Assembly (NCBI GenBank): GCA_963702425.1
Contig: CAVPCQ010000040.1
Span: forward strand, 64,001-128,000
DNA length: 64,000 nucleotides
Source of the DNA: an uncultured Acidobacteriota bacterium
Lineage (GTDB): Bacteria > Acidobacteriota > Polarisedimenticolia > J045
Direction of reading: 5' to 3'
Position 1 is the first letter of the stretch, and every line of letters begins with the position of its first letter. This document shows, one piece after another, positions 1-9,654 of the stretch. A program made the translations under genes and the position numbers. The notes below the pieces were generated by a model. It was not told the origin of the DNA. It was given only the letters and a program-made list of their open reading frames with translations, and did no database searches.

Positions 1-3000
1 ACTCCGACAGCGCTTGACCGCCCTCGTCGCGCAGCGTCAGGACGACCTTCCCATCGCGGCCCATCCGGAACCAGCGCTGCCCGGCGGCGTCGTAGCGGTA
101 CCATTCGCCGGGCACCCCGGCGCTCGTCCAGGGGTCGCCTTCCACGAAGGCCTGCATCCGGTTGTTGGCGTCCCAGCGGGCCCCCACGGCTTGCTGCTGC
201 TGGCCCTTGAAGCGCACCAGGTTGCCGTTGGGGTCGTACGAAAACGCCGCGTCGGTCATCCGGTTGTCGTTGTTCTCCAGCGCCTGCGGGAACGTGTGCG
301 CGAAGTCGTGTCCCGGCGGCTCGGGGACCTGCGTCGTGGACACGAGCGTCTGCGACAGCATGTTCCCGGCGAGGTCGTACACCCAGCTCAGCTGGTCCGG
401 TGTCGTGACCGCCGGAGCCTGCGCCTGCGGCAGCACCTTGGCCCCGACCAGGCGGAATGCGGCGTCGTAGGTGAATCGCTGGCTGCCGATCGCCGTGATG
501 TCGCCCCCACCGTCGAAGGCGTAGGTCCCGCTCTGCCACGGCGCGAGCGTACCGCTCGCGACCGGGGCCGACACCGTCATGCTCACGGGACGGTGAAGTA
601 CGTCGCGCGGGATCGCCAGCGACGTCCAGTTGGCCAGCCCGATCCACGTTGGCTGCCCAGCGGCGTCGTATTCGATCGGCGCGTGGCCGTCCAGGGATGA
701 TAGGAAGTCCGGGCCATGGGCGCCGGCGATTCCGATCAGCGAGCCGCGGCGCCGCTGGAACAAATACCTCCTTTCCTCGGTCGACGAGCGATACGGTGCG
801 TCCAGCGAAGCGACCTGGCCACCGGCTGACCACGCCTGGCGAAGAATGAAATCAGCCCATTCGGCATCCGAGTTCGGCGATGCATAGCCCTTCCAGTCGA
901 GGCGCTGCCGCGCGCCTGAAAGGCGGCCGTTAATTCCCTTGAAGACGAATCGACGCTCGCCGATTAGCCGGCCGCCCTCGTAAGACAGCACGCGCCCCAC
1001 GCGGCCGAGGTATGCGTTGGTACTCTCGTCGCCCCCGCTGCAAGCGTAGGTAGCCTGAAACGACGCGCCACCACATGCGTCGTGATCCCAGACTGTCTCC
1101 GACATGGGATCGAGTGGATCGCGCCCGAGAGCCACATCATCGATCGCGATGCCTTCACCGAGCTCGGAGGATTCACTGTCCCCCTTGTTGAAGGCAAACC
1201 AGAGGTAGACCGCCTGCGTCCCGGTCCACTCCGTCTCGCTGAAAGCATCTGCCAACCGGATCGAGGGGGAGCGCAGCCATTGCCCGAATGATACCTGCTC
1301 CTCATCCAGACGGAACAGGACTCGCCGATTCGGGAACTGCGGTGTGTCCGACTGCCGTGTGACCCAAACCTCGAAGGCATCGTGGTCGCCCCCCGACGGT
1401 GTCTCTCGGACGCGTCGCCAGTACGTGAACGAGAGGCTGTCGAGACGCGACACATCTGGGACCGCCAGGCGTATGACCTCCCAGCGGTTCGAAGCCGAGG
1501 AGTAGGTGCACCCCGAACCCAACCGGAGCGCGCCGGTTCCGCCCCCCGAGGGCGGCGCCGGGAGGGTCGCGCAGTTGCCGTACATCGCCTGTCCCCAGGC
1601 TGTGTCTTGGGTCGAATCGAAATCTCCGGAAGCGCTGATGACGCCCTCATCCCACGCACCGAGGGAGCCGTCGAAATGGCGGCTGTCTCCACCGATGAGG
1701 GTGGCGCCAACGGCCACGGGGGCGTCTGGCGTCCCCAGGCGCTTCCGCGTGACCGTGGGGCGTCCCGCTGCATCATTTAGCGTCTCGAAGAAGTACTCTT
1801 GAGTGAGCGTCTTTCCTTTCTCGTCCTGCCACGCCAGCAGATTGCCCCACACGTCGTACCGCGCGAACGACTCGCTCCCCTTCTCCGGGTTGAACGACTC
1901 GCGCAGCCGGCCGAGGGCGTCGTGCTCGAACGTCCGGGTCTGGCCGGCCGGCGCCCAACTGGGGTTCACCCAACTCCCGAACGGGTCGCCCGGGAGCTGG
2001 CTCACGAGCGTCACCTTCTCGAGCTTCCCTCGGGGGTCATACCGATAGACCGCGTCGGCTCCGTCCCCGACGCCATCCGGCGCCTCGGCGTCGGTGTCGA
2101 CCATCGCCAGCCGACCCAGGCCATCCCGATAAAGCCGCGTCGTGACGTATTCCGTGGCCGCTGCGGTCCCATCGCCGTTCGCGTCGACGCCGTAGACCCG
2201 CGTCTCCTCGTGCGGCCCGCAGTAGCGCTTGTCGGTCCGCGCGCCGTCCGCCAACTCGATGCGCCGCGCTCGCCCGAGCGGGTCGGGCGTGACGTCGAGC
2301 GGGTTCGCACCGCCGCCGTTCGGCACGCCGTAGAAGGTCACCGTCCCGCGCGGTCGGCTGCCGGCCCCTCCGACGAGTGGGATCCCGGTCACGCTGTAGG
2401 AGTTGTCAGCCGTTCCGTCGTTATCCCAGCTCCAGGTCGCCTTCGAGGCCGCCGTGTACTCGCTTTCCTTCATCCACTCCGAGACGAAGATCTCGCGGCC
2501 CCGGGTGTCGTAGCGCACGATCTGGACCGCCATCTCGTTGGACTGCGGCATCGCGCGCCGCCGTTTGACGACGCGGCCGAGGCCGTCGTACTCCTCGTCG
2601 CTGTATTCCTGCTGGGTGTTGCCGCCGTCGTAGGCTGTCTCGCCCCCCGGCGACCGGATGACCCGCGCCTCGCGCAGCGTCGGATAGACGATGCGGGTCG
2701 CGTGCTCGTCGGACCCGGCGGGGTCGATCGTCGTCAGGCGTCCGAGAGTGTCGAAATCGAAGAGCGTCGTGAACCCGTTCGGATCGCTGCTGGAGTCCAC
2801 CTGGCCCCCGACGTCCGCGCCGATCGACTGGCTGTCGTAGGAGAGCGGCGAGATCCGCGCCGTCACCGCCCGGCCGAGGTTCCAGGTGTAGTTGACGGTG
2901 TAGGCCGCCCGGCCTCCGCCGACCCGCAGGTCCCCGCCGCTGTAGTTCGCGGTTTCGAGGTTCCCGCGGCCGCTGTATCCCAGGTCCGAGACGAGGTCGC

Positions 3001-5135
3001 GGTCCGAGGTCGGCCCGGGACTCGCCGTGCCGGTGGGAGCGAACCCTGCAGCCTGCCAGGCCTGAAGCGCGCGAAGTCGGGTCATCTGGCCGGTGCATCC
3101 GGTCGTCCCGCTGTCCCCGGAGTGGGCCAACTGGACCTCGTAGCGGCGGCCGTCGGAAGCCGTCCCCTCCTCCACGAAGGCGAAGGCGGCCCGGCTGAGG
3201 ATGTGTGCCGTCTTGCGGCAGGCCGGTGCCGGGACGGACGAGCCGGGGGCGCTCCCGTCCTCGTCGTAGTGGACATAGGTCAGCCGCCGCCGCGACAGGA
3301 GCGAATTCCCGGTGGCCGGGCGGTCGAGGACGGAGACCCGCCACTCGTTCCAGCCCGTCCTTTGGTAGTTATTCTCCGCGATCTTCTTCGGCCAACTGGA
3401 CGAGCTCTCGAAGCAGGTCGCCCCCTCGTGGTGGAAGGTCGTCTCCACCTCACTTTCCATCGGCGCGGTCGCGTAACATCGTAGGGGACCATCGCACTGT
3501 TCCGTGTAGTCATATGCGTGACTCTCAATGCGGACAGGCGTCACACCGTCGGACGCAAGGATCTTCCGAGTCGCCAAGTGGCCGGAGGCCGAGGCGTTTG
3601 GGTACTCAGCGTCTATCATGTTTGGGCAGGGGTGCCCGTGGAACGTCGACTCACTCACCAGATCATCTGGGCCGATCTCGCGAAACCGATTGACTATCTG
3701 AGTCCATGGTTCACAGATCTGCAACTCGTTTGGATCTAGCCGGAAGGCCCTCTCCCACCTCCACACGCTCCTGGGCTGCCCAGAACCGTCGCCGCCCGCC
3801 CCGAGCCCTTCTGGAAAGAGGATCCTCTTCGCAACCCCCTGGCAGAGGCGCGGTAGTGCCCCATTGACGTCCTCATTGGTGATTCTCATACCGCATTGCC
3901 AATTAGCATACCGGTAGGTCGAAGCGCCACCCAGCGGATACACGACCCGATCGAGAAGCGCCGCCGACCCCGGGTCGACTCCTCCCCCGAGCATTCCCCG
4001 GCGGTATCCGTACTCGATCGCGCCGGTCGCTGAACCCGGTATCTTCGGTAGGATCACTTTTCGCAGTACGGGGACGTCGACCGTCTGCCCGTCGTCCGTC
4101 TCTGACTCCTTGCCGTACACGAACTTGTATACGACATCCTGTGCTGCGCCTCGTGTTCCCTTGAATCCAGTAGCGTGGATCTCCTTCAGCATCCCGACGA
4201 ACGTCGGGCTCCAGATCTTCTGATCGGACCCGTCGAGAAGCAGGTCGCCGTCATTACTGTCCGCGGCAGTCCACGGCAGCGTCGTGATCTTCACCTCAGT
4301 GTCATTGATCGATCGGATGCCCGTGATCGCCTCCGGGTACGGCCCGGAGCGCTCATATTCGATCTCGACGCCGTTCCCGCGAACATCTTCGATCCGTGTG
4401 GCGTACCACCCGTTGCGATCGTGGTTCCGAATCCAGCCCTTCCCATCCGCCGGTACGTCATCCATGACGATCTGCTCGAGTTGATACTTCGTTCCATCTT
4501 CGGTAGTCACGTCGTAGTGAGCCGGAGTTGTCCCTTGCGCCGGGACGAGCGCATACTTCAACAGGGGGTGGGCCTCCCGTTGGCTGAGCATGTTGTGCTC
4601 CGTCCCCTGAGCGTCGACGAAGAAGAGCTCGCGTCCCTGGTTGTCGAAGACCTCGGGGGCGACGGAACTGTGCACTGCCCGCTTGAATACTCGACCGAGA
4701 TGCATCGTCCAGCCGAACCCGATCCAGCTTCGTCCACTGAGCAGCACCCGAAAATCGTGCTCGAAGTTCGCTTTGTTCTGGTATCGGACGCGATCCCGCC
4801 GGACCCGAAGGCTGTTGTAGGAGCGGACCAAGCCGAACGACCCGCCGCCGTCGAGCGGGTAGCTCGGGCTGCTCGCATGCGTGATCAGGAGGTTGCCGGA
4901 ATACAAGGAAACATTCTCGTTGTTCTCGAAGCCCGCGTAGATCGAATGGTCCGGGACGCCGGGTTCCGACGCGACGACCGCGTTCCGGTCATACGTCGTC
5001 GTGTCGATGTCCGGAGGGGCGGCGAGAGCTGCTCCCGTGAGGTTCGCCGCGGCGACGAGAAAGAGGGCTTCCGCGCACAGCGCGCGGCTTACGCCCCCCC
5101 CCCAACCGGGTTTGGCAGAGTGTTTGCATTGTCAT
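1..5135 (-). CDS. RHS/YD-repeat protein with Sec-type signal peptide; 3' end (toxin tip) lies outside the window; start is out of frame at a G10 tract (5094-5103)
   Basis: Manual minus-strand translation gives YD repeats (WYRYDAAGQR, FSYDPNGNL, RYDVWGNLL, IEYDAAGQP) and an RHS-type N-terminus (ENVSLYSGNL...LVRSYNS...GFGWTMHLG). The antisense shadow ORFs 14..700, 1799..3484 and 4175..5662 share one frame. ATG at 5135 follows a G-rich RBS. It is absent from the ORF track because it has no stop in the window. Confidence 0.88.
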
Positions 5136-5351
5136 GTTGCCCCCTGCGCGGTGTGACTTATCACCAGGCGCAAGGGGACGATACGCGCGATCTGGGCGGC
5201 GAGTCAAGATGGGCGGAGACCGAATCGTGCTTCGGGCCGGCACGGCGGTCGGCCCCTACGGTGGTCGAGGCGACCACGGTATGGACGTCGATCGCGCGGG
5301 GCGAGGCGATCGGGGCAGTCGCGACGATCGAAGCAGGCGCACAGACCGGCC

Positions 5352-7007
5352 TCACCCCGGCGCGTCCCTCAGCCGCTTCACCCGCCCTCGCGTCTTCGCC
5401 CACAGCTCGTCGAACTGCGCGCGCTGCGCCGCGCGGCGCTCGCGCTGCACCTGCACCAGCCCGCCGAGCGCCAGCAGCTCGGCCGCGCTCGTGCGGGACG
5501 CGACGCGCTGCTCGGTCAGCCGCTCCAGCTCGGCCTGCGCGACGACCGCGTCCTGGTGCTCGCCCAGGCAGTCCTGCAGCTCGACCAGCGCGCGGATCAG
5601 CTTGCGCTCGTCCTCCGTCAGCAGCTCGACGAAGAACTCGCAGGTGTAGCGCAGCCCCTTGAAGAGGATCCGCAGCTCGTGCAGGTCCTTCGCCTCCGGC
5701 GGACCGTCCAACCGCTTCTGCCAGCGCAGCACGCGCCGCGCCGCGCGCGCGACCAGGCGCGGGGCGACCTCGGCGGCGGGCGGGGTCGCCGCGAAGCCCG
5801 CGTCGACCCCGGCAACGGCCTCGCTCACCGCCTCGCCGGCACCGCTTTCCGCGGCCGCATCCGCGGGCGGCTCCTCCGTGAACCCCGCCGTCGCCGCCGC
5901 CAGCGCCTCCGGCTCGGGCGCCAGCGTCCGCAGCCCCTCGACGATCGCGCGCGTACGCTCCGACTCCAGCGCCGGCACCAGCTCCGCCCGCGCCGCGTCG
6001 CGCCGCCGGTGCAACAGGCGCAGCAGCTTCTCGACCGCCGCAGGGTCGGCCTCGCAGCGCGCGAGGTCGTGCTCCAGCCGGTCGACGAAGACGTCGAGGT
6101 CGCGCACCGTACCCAGCAGGCCGCCGATCCAGCGCAGCTCCTCGCGCAGCGCCTGGCAGCGCTCGTCGCCGAACCACGGCGCGAGCAGGCGCAGCGCGAA
6201 GCGCGCGCGGCGGGTCGCGACGCGCAGGTCGTGCAGGAACTCGGGGTCCAGGTCGAGCAGCGTCCCCTCGGTGTTGGCCCACATCTTGTAGGCCTGCCGC
6301 GCGAACACCTTGCGACCGGCGCGCACGATGTCGTCCGACGGGAAGAGCTTCAATTCCGGCGGGACGGGCGCGCCGGGCAGCGGCCGCCCCAGCGCGACGA
6401 GCCCCGCAACGAGCGGGTCGGGCGGCCCCGGCATCGGGCCCGCCAGGTGGCTCAGCGCGGCGGTGAGGCGGAACGCCGGCTCGCCGTCCTCGGCCTCGAC
6501 GACGAGCAGACGCGGGCCCTTCGCGGTGCCGCGGCGGTGCGGGCTGCGGAACGACCAGGTCGCGATCGCCAGCCGCGCCCGCTCACCGGCCGGCCCGGTC
6601 AGCTCCCACGCGCGCTCCTTCGCCTCGACGATCAGGACCGAGAGCAGCTTCGCGCCACCCTGCACCGCCAGCACGCGGTCGGCGAGCGGGCCCGACGCCG
6701 GCAGCGCGGCGACACCGGCGGCCTCGCTCTCTGCGATCAGCTGCCCCTCTTCGAAGAGCTGCAGCCGCCCGTCGTCGATCCGCCGCGCGAGCCGCAGTCC
6801 TTCCTCGAACAGGCAGCCGTCATGGGTATCGAGGTAGATCCGCGTGGCCTCGTCCGCCGCCGCCTCGCCGGCCGTGAACCCGGCCTTGGCGACGGCCGCC
6901 AGCAGCCGCGCCTCCGGCAGCCCGTGCGGCAGCGGGAAGGCGTGCACGCGGCGCAGCGGCGCCGCGCCGGGATCGTTCCCCTGCCCGACGCCGTCGGCTG
7001 CGCCCAC
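5352..7007 (-). CDS. CYTH-like/CHAD domain polyphosphate-binding protein
   Basis: CHAD motifs LHDLRVATRR, LHELRILFKGLRY and LQDCLGEHQD; N-terminal IYLDTHDG CYTH-like segment; lies next to ppx. Confidence 0.9.
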   Translation of the reverse strand: MGAADGVGQGNDPGAAPLRRVHAFPLPHGLPEARLLAAVAKAGFTAGEAAADEATRIYLDTHDGCLFEEGLRLARRIDDGRLQLFEEGQLIAESEAAGVAALPASGPLADRVLAVQGGAKLLSVLIVEAKERAWELTGPAGERARLAIATWSFRSPHRRGTAKGPRLLVVEAEDGEPAFRLTAALSHLAGPMPGPPDPLVAGLVALGRPLPGAPVPPELKLFPSDDIVRAGRKVFARQAYKMWANTEGTLLDLDPEFLHDLRVATRRARFALRLLAPWFGDERCQALREELRWIGGLLGTVRDLDVFVDRLEHDLARCEADPAAVEKLLRLLHRRRDAARAELVPALESERTRAIVEGLRTLAPEPEALAAATAGFTEEPPADAAAESGAGEAVSEAVAGVDAGFAATPPAAEVAPRLVARAARRVLRWQKRLDGPPEAKDLHELRILFKGLRYTCEFFVELLTEDERKLIRALVELQDCLGEHQDAVVAQAELERLTEQRVASRTSAAELLALGGLVQVQRERRAAQRAQFDELWAKTRGRVKRLRDAPG

Positions 7008-7010
7008 GCG

Positions 7011-7529
7011 CTACGCCTTCGCTTCGGGGGCGGGCGGCTTCGCCGCGACCGTCCCGGCTCCGGCCTTGGCCTTCGCTTTCACCTTGGCCTTCGCTTTCGC
7101 CTTGGGCTTCGCTTTCACCTTGGGCTTCGCCGCGACCGTCCCGGCTCCGGCCATGTCCTTGTCCTTCTCTTTCGGCGCCCCGCCGTCGAGCAGCTCCTCG
7201 ACTTCGCAGAGCAGCTTCTCGACGCGCCCCAGGTCCTTCGCGCGCCCGCGCGGCGGCTTGAGCTTCGCTTGCAACTTGTCGAGCGCGCGGGTCAGCCGCG
7301 CCGTGTCGGCCTCCGCCAGCCCGCTCCCCTTCCCGCCCAGCCGCGCCTCGAGCGCGGCCAGCACGGCGTCGGACTGGTCGAGGTAGACCTCGAGCGTCTT
7401 CACGATGTCGGCCCGCAGCGCGAGCACCCGTCCGGCAAGGCCGGCGGGCCCGGCGGGCACCTTCTTCGAGGCTGCCGCTGCGGGTGCCCTGCGGACCGTC
7501 TTCTTCGCTTTCGCCTTCGCCTTCGCCAT
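7011..7529 (-). CDS. Lys/Ala-rich histone H1-like basic protein
   Basis: AKAKAK tails at both ends around a helical core; duplicated AGAGTVAAKP; tightly packed between ppx (1-bp gap) and CHAD (3-bp gap). Confidence 0.75.
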   Translation of the reverse strand: MAKAKAKAKKTVRRAPAAAASKKVPAGPAGLAGRVLALRADIVKTLEVYLDQSDAVLAALEARLGGKGSGLAEADTARLTRALDKLQAKLKPPRGRAKDLGRVEKLLCEVEELLDGGAPKEKDKDMAGAGTVAAKPKVKAKPKAKAKAKVKAKAKAGAGTVAAKPPAPEAKA

Positions 7530-7530
7530 G

Positions 7531-9183
7531 TCAGCTCCCCGTCACGCCGCGAAAGGCCACCTTGGCCCCGAACGCCTTCGCGAACAGCGGCGCCTTGCGC
7601 TTGAGCGCCCAGTGCTCGAGCAGGAGGTCCCCGTCCCCCTCGAACCGGATCGCCAGCTGGTTGCGTTTCTTTTCGACGATGCGCACGCTGCGCACCTTCT
7701 GCCGATGCTCGCGGTCCATCGCGTCGGCCAGGCGCAGGATCGACGCCAGTTTCCTCACCCGCTCGCGGTCCGCCGGCGGCAGGCGGACGAACTGCTCGTG
7801 GTGCGCGGCCGGCTCGCCCCGCCGGTGATAGCGCGCGACGTTCGCGACCAGCAGGATCTCGCGCGGCGCGAACCCCGGCAGCTCGGACTGCGAGACCAGG
7901 TAGAGCGTGTGCTTGTGGTGCCGCTTGGAGCTGACGAACGAGCCGATGTCGTGCAGCACCGCCGCCGCCAGCAGGACCCGCCGGTCGTCGTCGCTCAGCC
8001 CGTGGCGCTCCTTGAGCTGGTCGAAGATCGACGAGGCCAGCCGCGCGACGTGCGTCGCGTGCCCCTCGTCGAACAGGTAGCGCCGGCCGAGCGCGATCGC
8101 CCCCTCGTAGGCGAGCTGCGTCGCGCGGTCCTCGTGGGCGCGGTGGGTCGCGAGGTCGTCCACCAGGTCGAGAACGATCCCCTCCTTGATCCCGACGAAC
8201 GGCACCAGGATCTCGCGCGCGTCGGCCAGCAGCGCCAGCCGCTCGTAGAGCAGCGCCGCCGGCAGGATGATGTCGGCCCGGTCCTCGCGCAGCCCGAGCT
8301 GCTCGATCCGATCGCGGAACGACAGCCGCGAGAGGGTCTCGATCGTGCGCCGCAGGTCCTTCAGCGGCAGCGCCGCCACCCCGTCCAGGCGCGACGCTGC
8401 GCCGGCCAGCTTCGCCAGCGCCTCGATGTTGCCGCCGGTGGCGATGAACGCCGACGGGCGCTTGCCCGCGCCGAAGCTCGGCAGCCGAAGCGTGGCGATG
8501 TACTCCGTGAGCAGGCGCGAGAAGCGTCCCGGCTCCTCGCCCGCACCGGCCAGCTCCTCCAGCAGCCGCACCGAGCCCATCGTGTGCGACTCGATCCAGC
8601 GGATCCCGCGGTCGTCGACCAGCGCCACCTCGACGCTGCCGCCGCCGAGGTCGACCAGCAGCGAGCCCTCCGGCCCGAGCGAGACGCGGTTCTTGACCGC
8701 GAGATAGAAGAGCCGCGCCTCCTCGGAACCGGTGATCGGCTCCAACTCGATCCCGGCCTGGCGCTTCACCCGCGCCAGGAACTCCTCGCCGTTCTCGCTC
8801 TCGCGCACCGCGCTGGTCGCCAGCGCCCGGTAGCGCGTGACGCCGAGCCGCTTCATCGCGTCGCGGAAGCCCTTGAAGGCCGCGATCGCCGCGTCCATCG
8901 ACTGCGGCAGCAGGCGCCCGGAGAGGAAGACGCCGTGGCCGAGGCGGATCGGGATGCGCTCGCTGACCAGCGGCACGAAGCGACCGGGGGACTGGAACTC
9001 CGCCACGAAGAAGCGGATCGCCGACGAGCCGACGTCGATCGCCGCGACGCGCAGCGGGAATGCCGGCGCCCCGTCCTTCCGGCGACGCGCCGGAGCGGCC
9101 TTCCTGCGCGGCGCACGCTTCGCCGCCGCCGCGCGCGACGGCGTGGCCTTGGTGGAGCGACTGCTGGGCTTCGCGCGAGGCAT
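7531..9183 (-). CDS. ppx: Exopolyphosphatase Ppx/GppA with C-terminal HD domain
   Basis: AAIDVGSSAIR, ATSAVRE, ITGSEEARL, VDLGGGSVE, REDRADII, LHDIG, ILRLADAMD. Start placed at MPRAKPS (9183) rather than 9651. Confidence 0.95.
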   Translation of the reverse strand: MPRAKPSSRSTKATPSRAAAAKRAPRRKAAPARRRKDGAPAFPLRVAAIDVGSSAIRFFVAEFQSPGRFVPLVSERIPIRLGHGVFLSGRLLPQSMDAAIAAFKGFRDAMKRLGVTRYRALATSAVRESENGEEFLARVKRQAGIELEPITGSEEARLFYLAVKNRVSLGPEGSLLVDLGGGSVEVALVDDRGIRWIESHTMGSVRLLEELAGAGEEPGRFSRLLTEYIATLRLPSFGAGKRPSAFIATGGNIEALAKLAGAASRLDGVAALPLKDLRRTIETLSRLSFRDRIEQLGLREDRADIILPAALLYERLALLADAREILVPFVGIKEGIVLDLVDDLATHRAHEDRATQLAYEGAIALGRRYLFDEGHATHVARLASSIFDQLKERHGLSDDDRRVLLAAAVLHDIGSFVSSKRHHKHTLYLVSQSELPGFAPREILLVANVARYHRRGEPAAHHEQFVRLPPADRERVRKLASILRLADAMDREHRQKVRSVRIVEKKRNQLAIRFEGDGDLLLEHWALKRKAPLFAKAFGAKVAFRGVTGS

Positions 9184-9264
9184 CAGTGGGCACGGCGGCG
9201 CGCCGAAAGCGCGCCGGGCGAAGTGTACCACCGCGGTGTGACGATTCCGGCCCCGGGACGGGGC

Positions 9265-9397
9265 GCGGCGCGAGCGGCGCAGGCGGCGCAGCGGCGCGAG
9301 CGGCGCAGGCGGCGCGAGCGGCGCAGGCGGCGTCGGCGGCGCGACCGGCGCAGGCGGCGCGAGCGGCGCAGGCGGCGCGAGCGGCGCAGGCGGCGCG
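9265..9397. repeat. Imperfect 9/18-bp GC-rich tandem repeat (GCGGCGCGA/GCGGCGCAG)
   Basis: About 14 consecutive 9-mer units directly visible upstream of ppx. Confidence 0.85.
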
Positions 9398-9599
9398 GCA
9401 GTCCCGCCGGCAGGCGTCGGCTTCTCCCGCTGCGTGACACGGGGGCCCTGCCGCCCGATTCCGAGAACGCGAGGACCGGGTCCCTCTCTGGCTCCTACCC
9501 CCACGGCCCGGAGCGTGATCTGTTCCGGGAGCACGCCTTCCGCAACGGCGTGCCATCGGTCTGGCGCGCGTTGCGCCCGCGGGACGCCGAGGTGCGGTA

Positions 9600-9654
9600 C
9601 TTTCTTTTGTAGCATGGTGGATTTTTGTGTGTCATGTGATATGATGATCACATG
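9600..9654 (+). promoter_or_regulatory. AT-rich extended -10 promoter (TGaTATGAT) overlapped by the inverted repeat CATGTGAT-N6-ATCACATG; probably leaderless
   Basis: TG at 9637-9638, TATGAT at 9640-9645, ATG at 9652. Perfect 8-bp dyad at 9633-9640 and 9647-9654. Confidence 0.55.

Noticed and set aside
14-5662. Plus-strand ORFs 14..700, 1799..3484 and 4175..5662
   Set aside because: Antisense shadows of the RHS gene, all in the mirror frame.
9635-9652. CRP or Rex site
   Set aside because: The TGTGA and TCACA half-sites are 8 nt apart rather than the canonical 6; kept only as an unassigned dyad.
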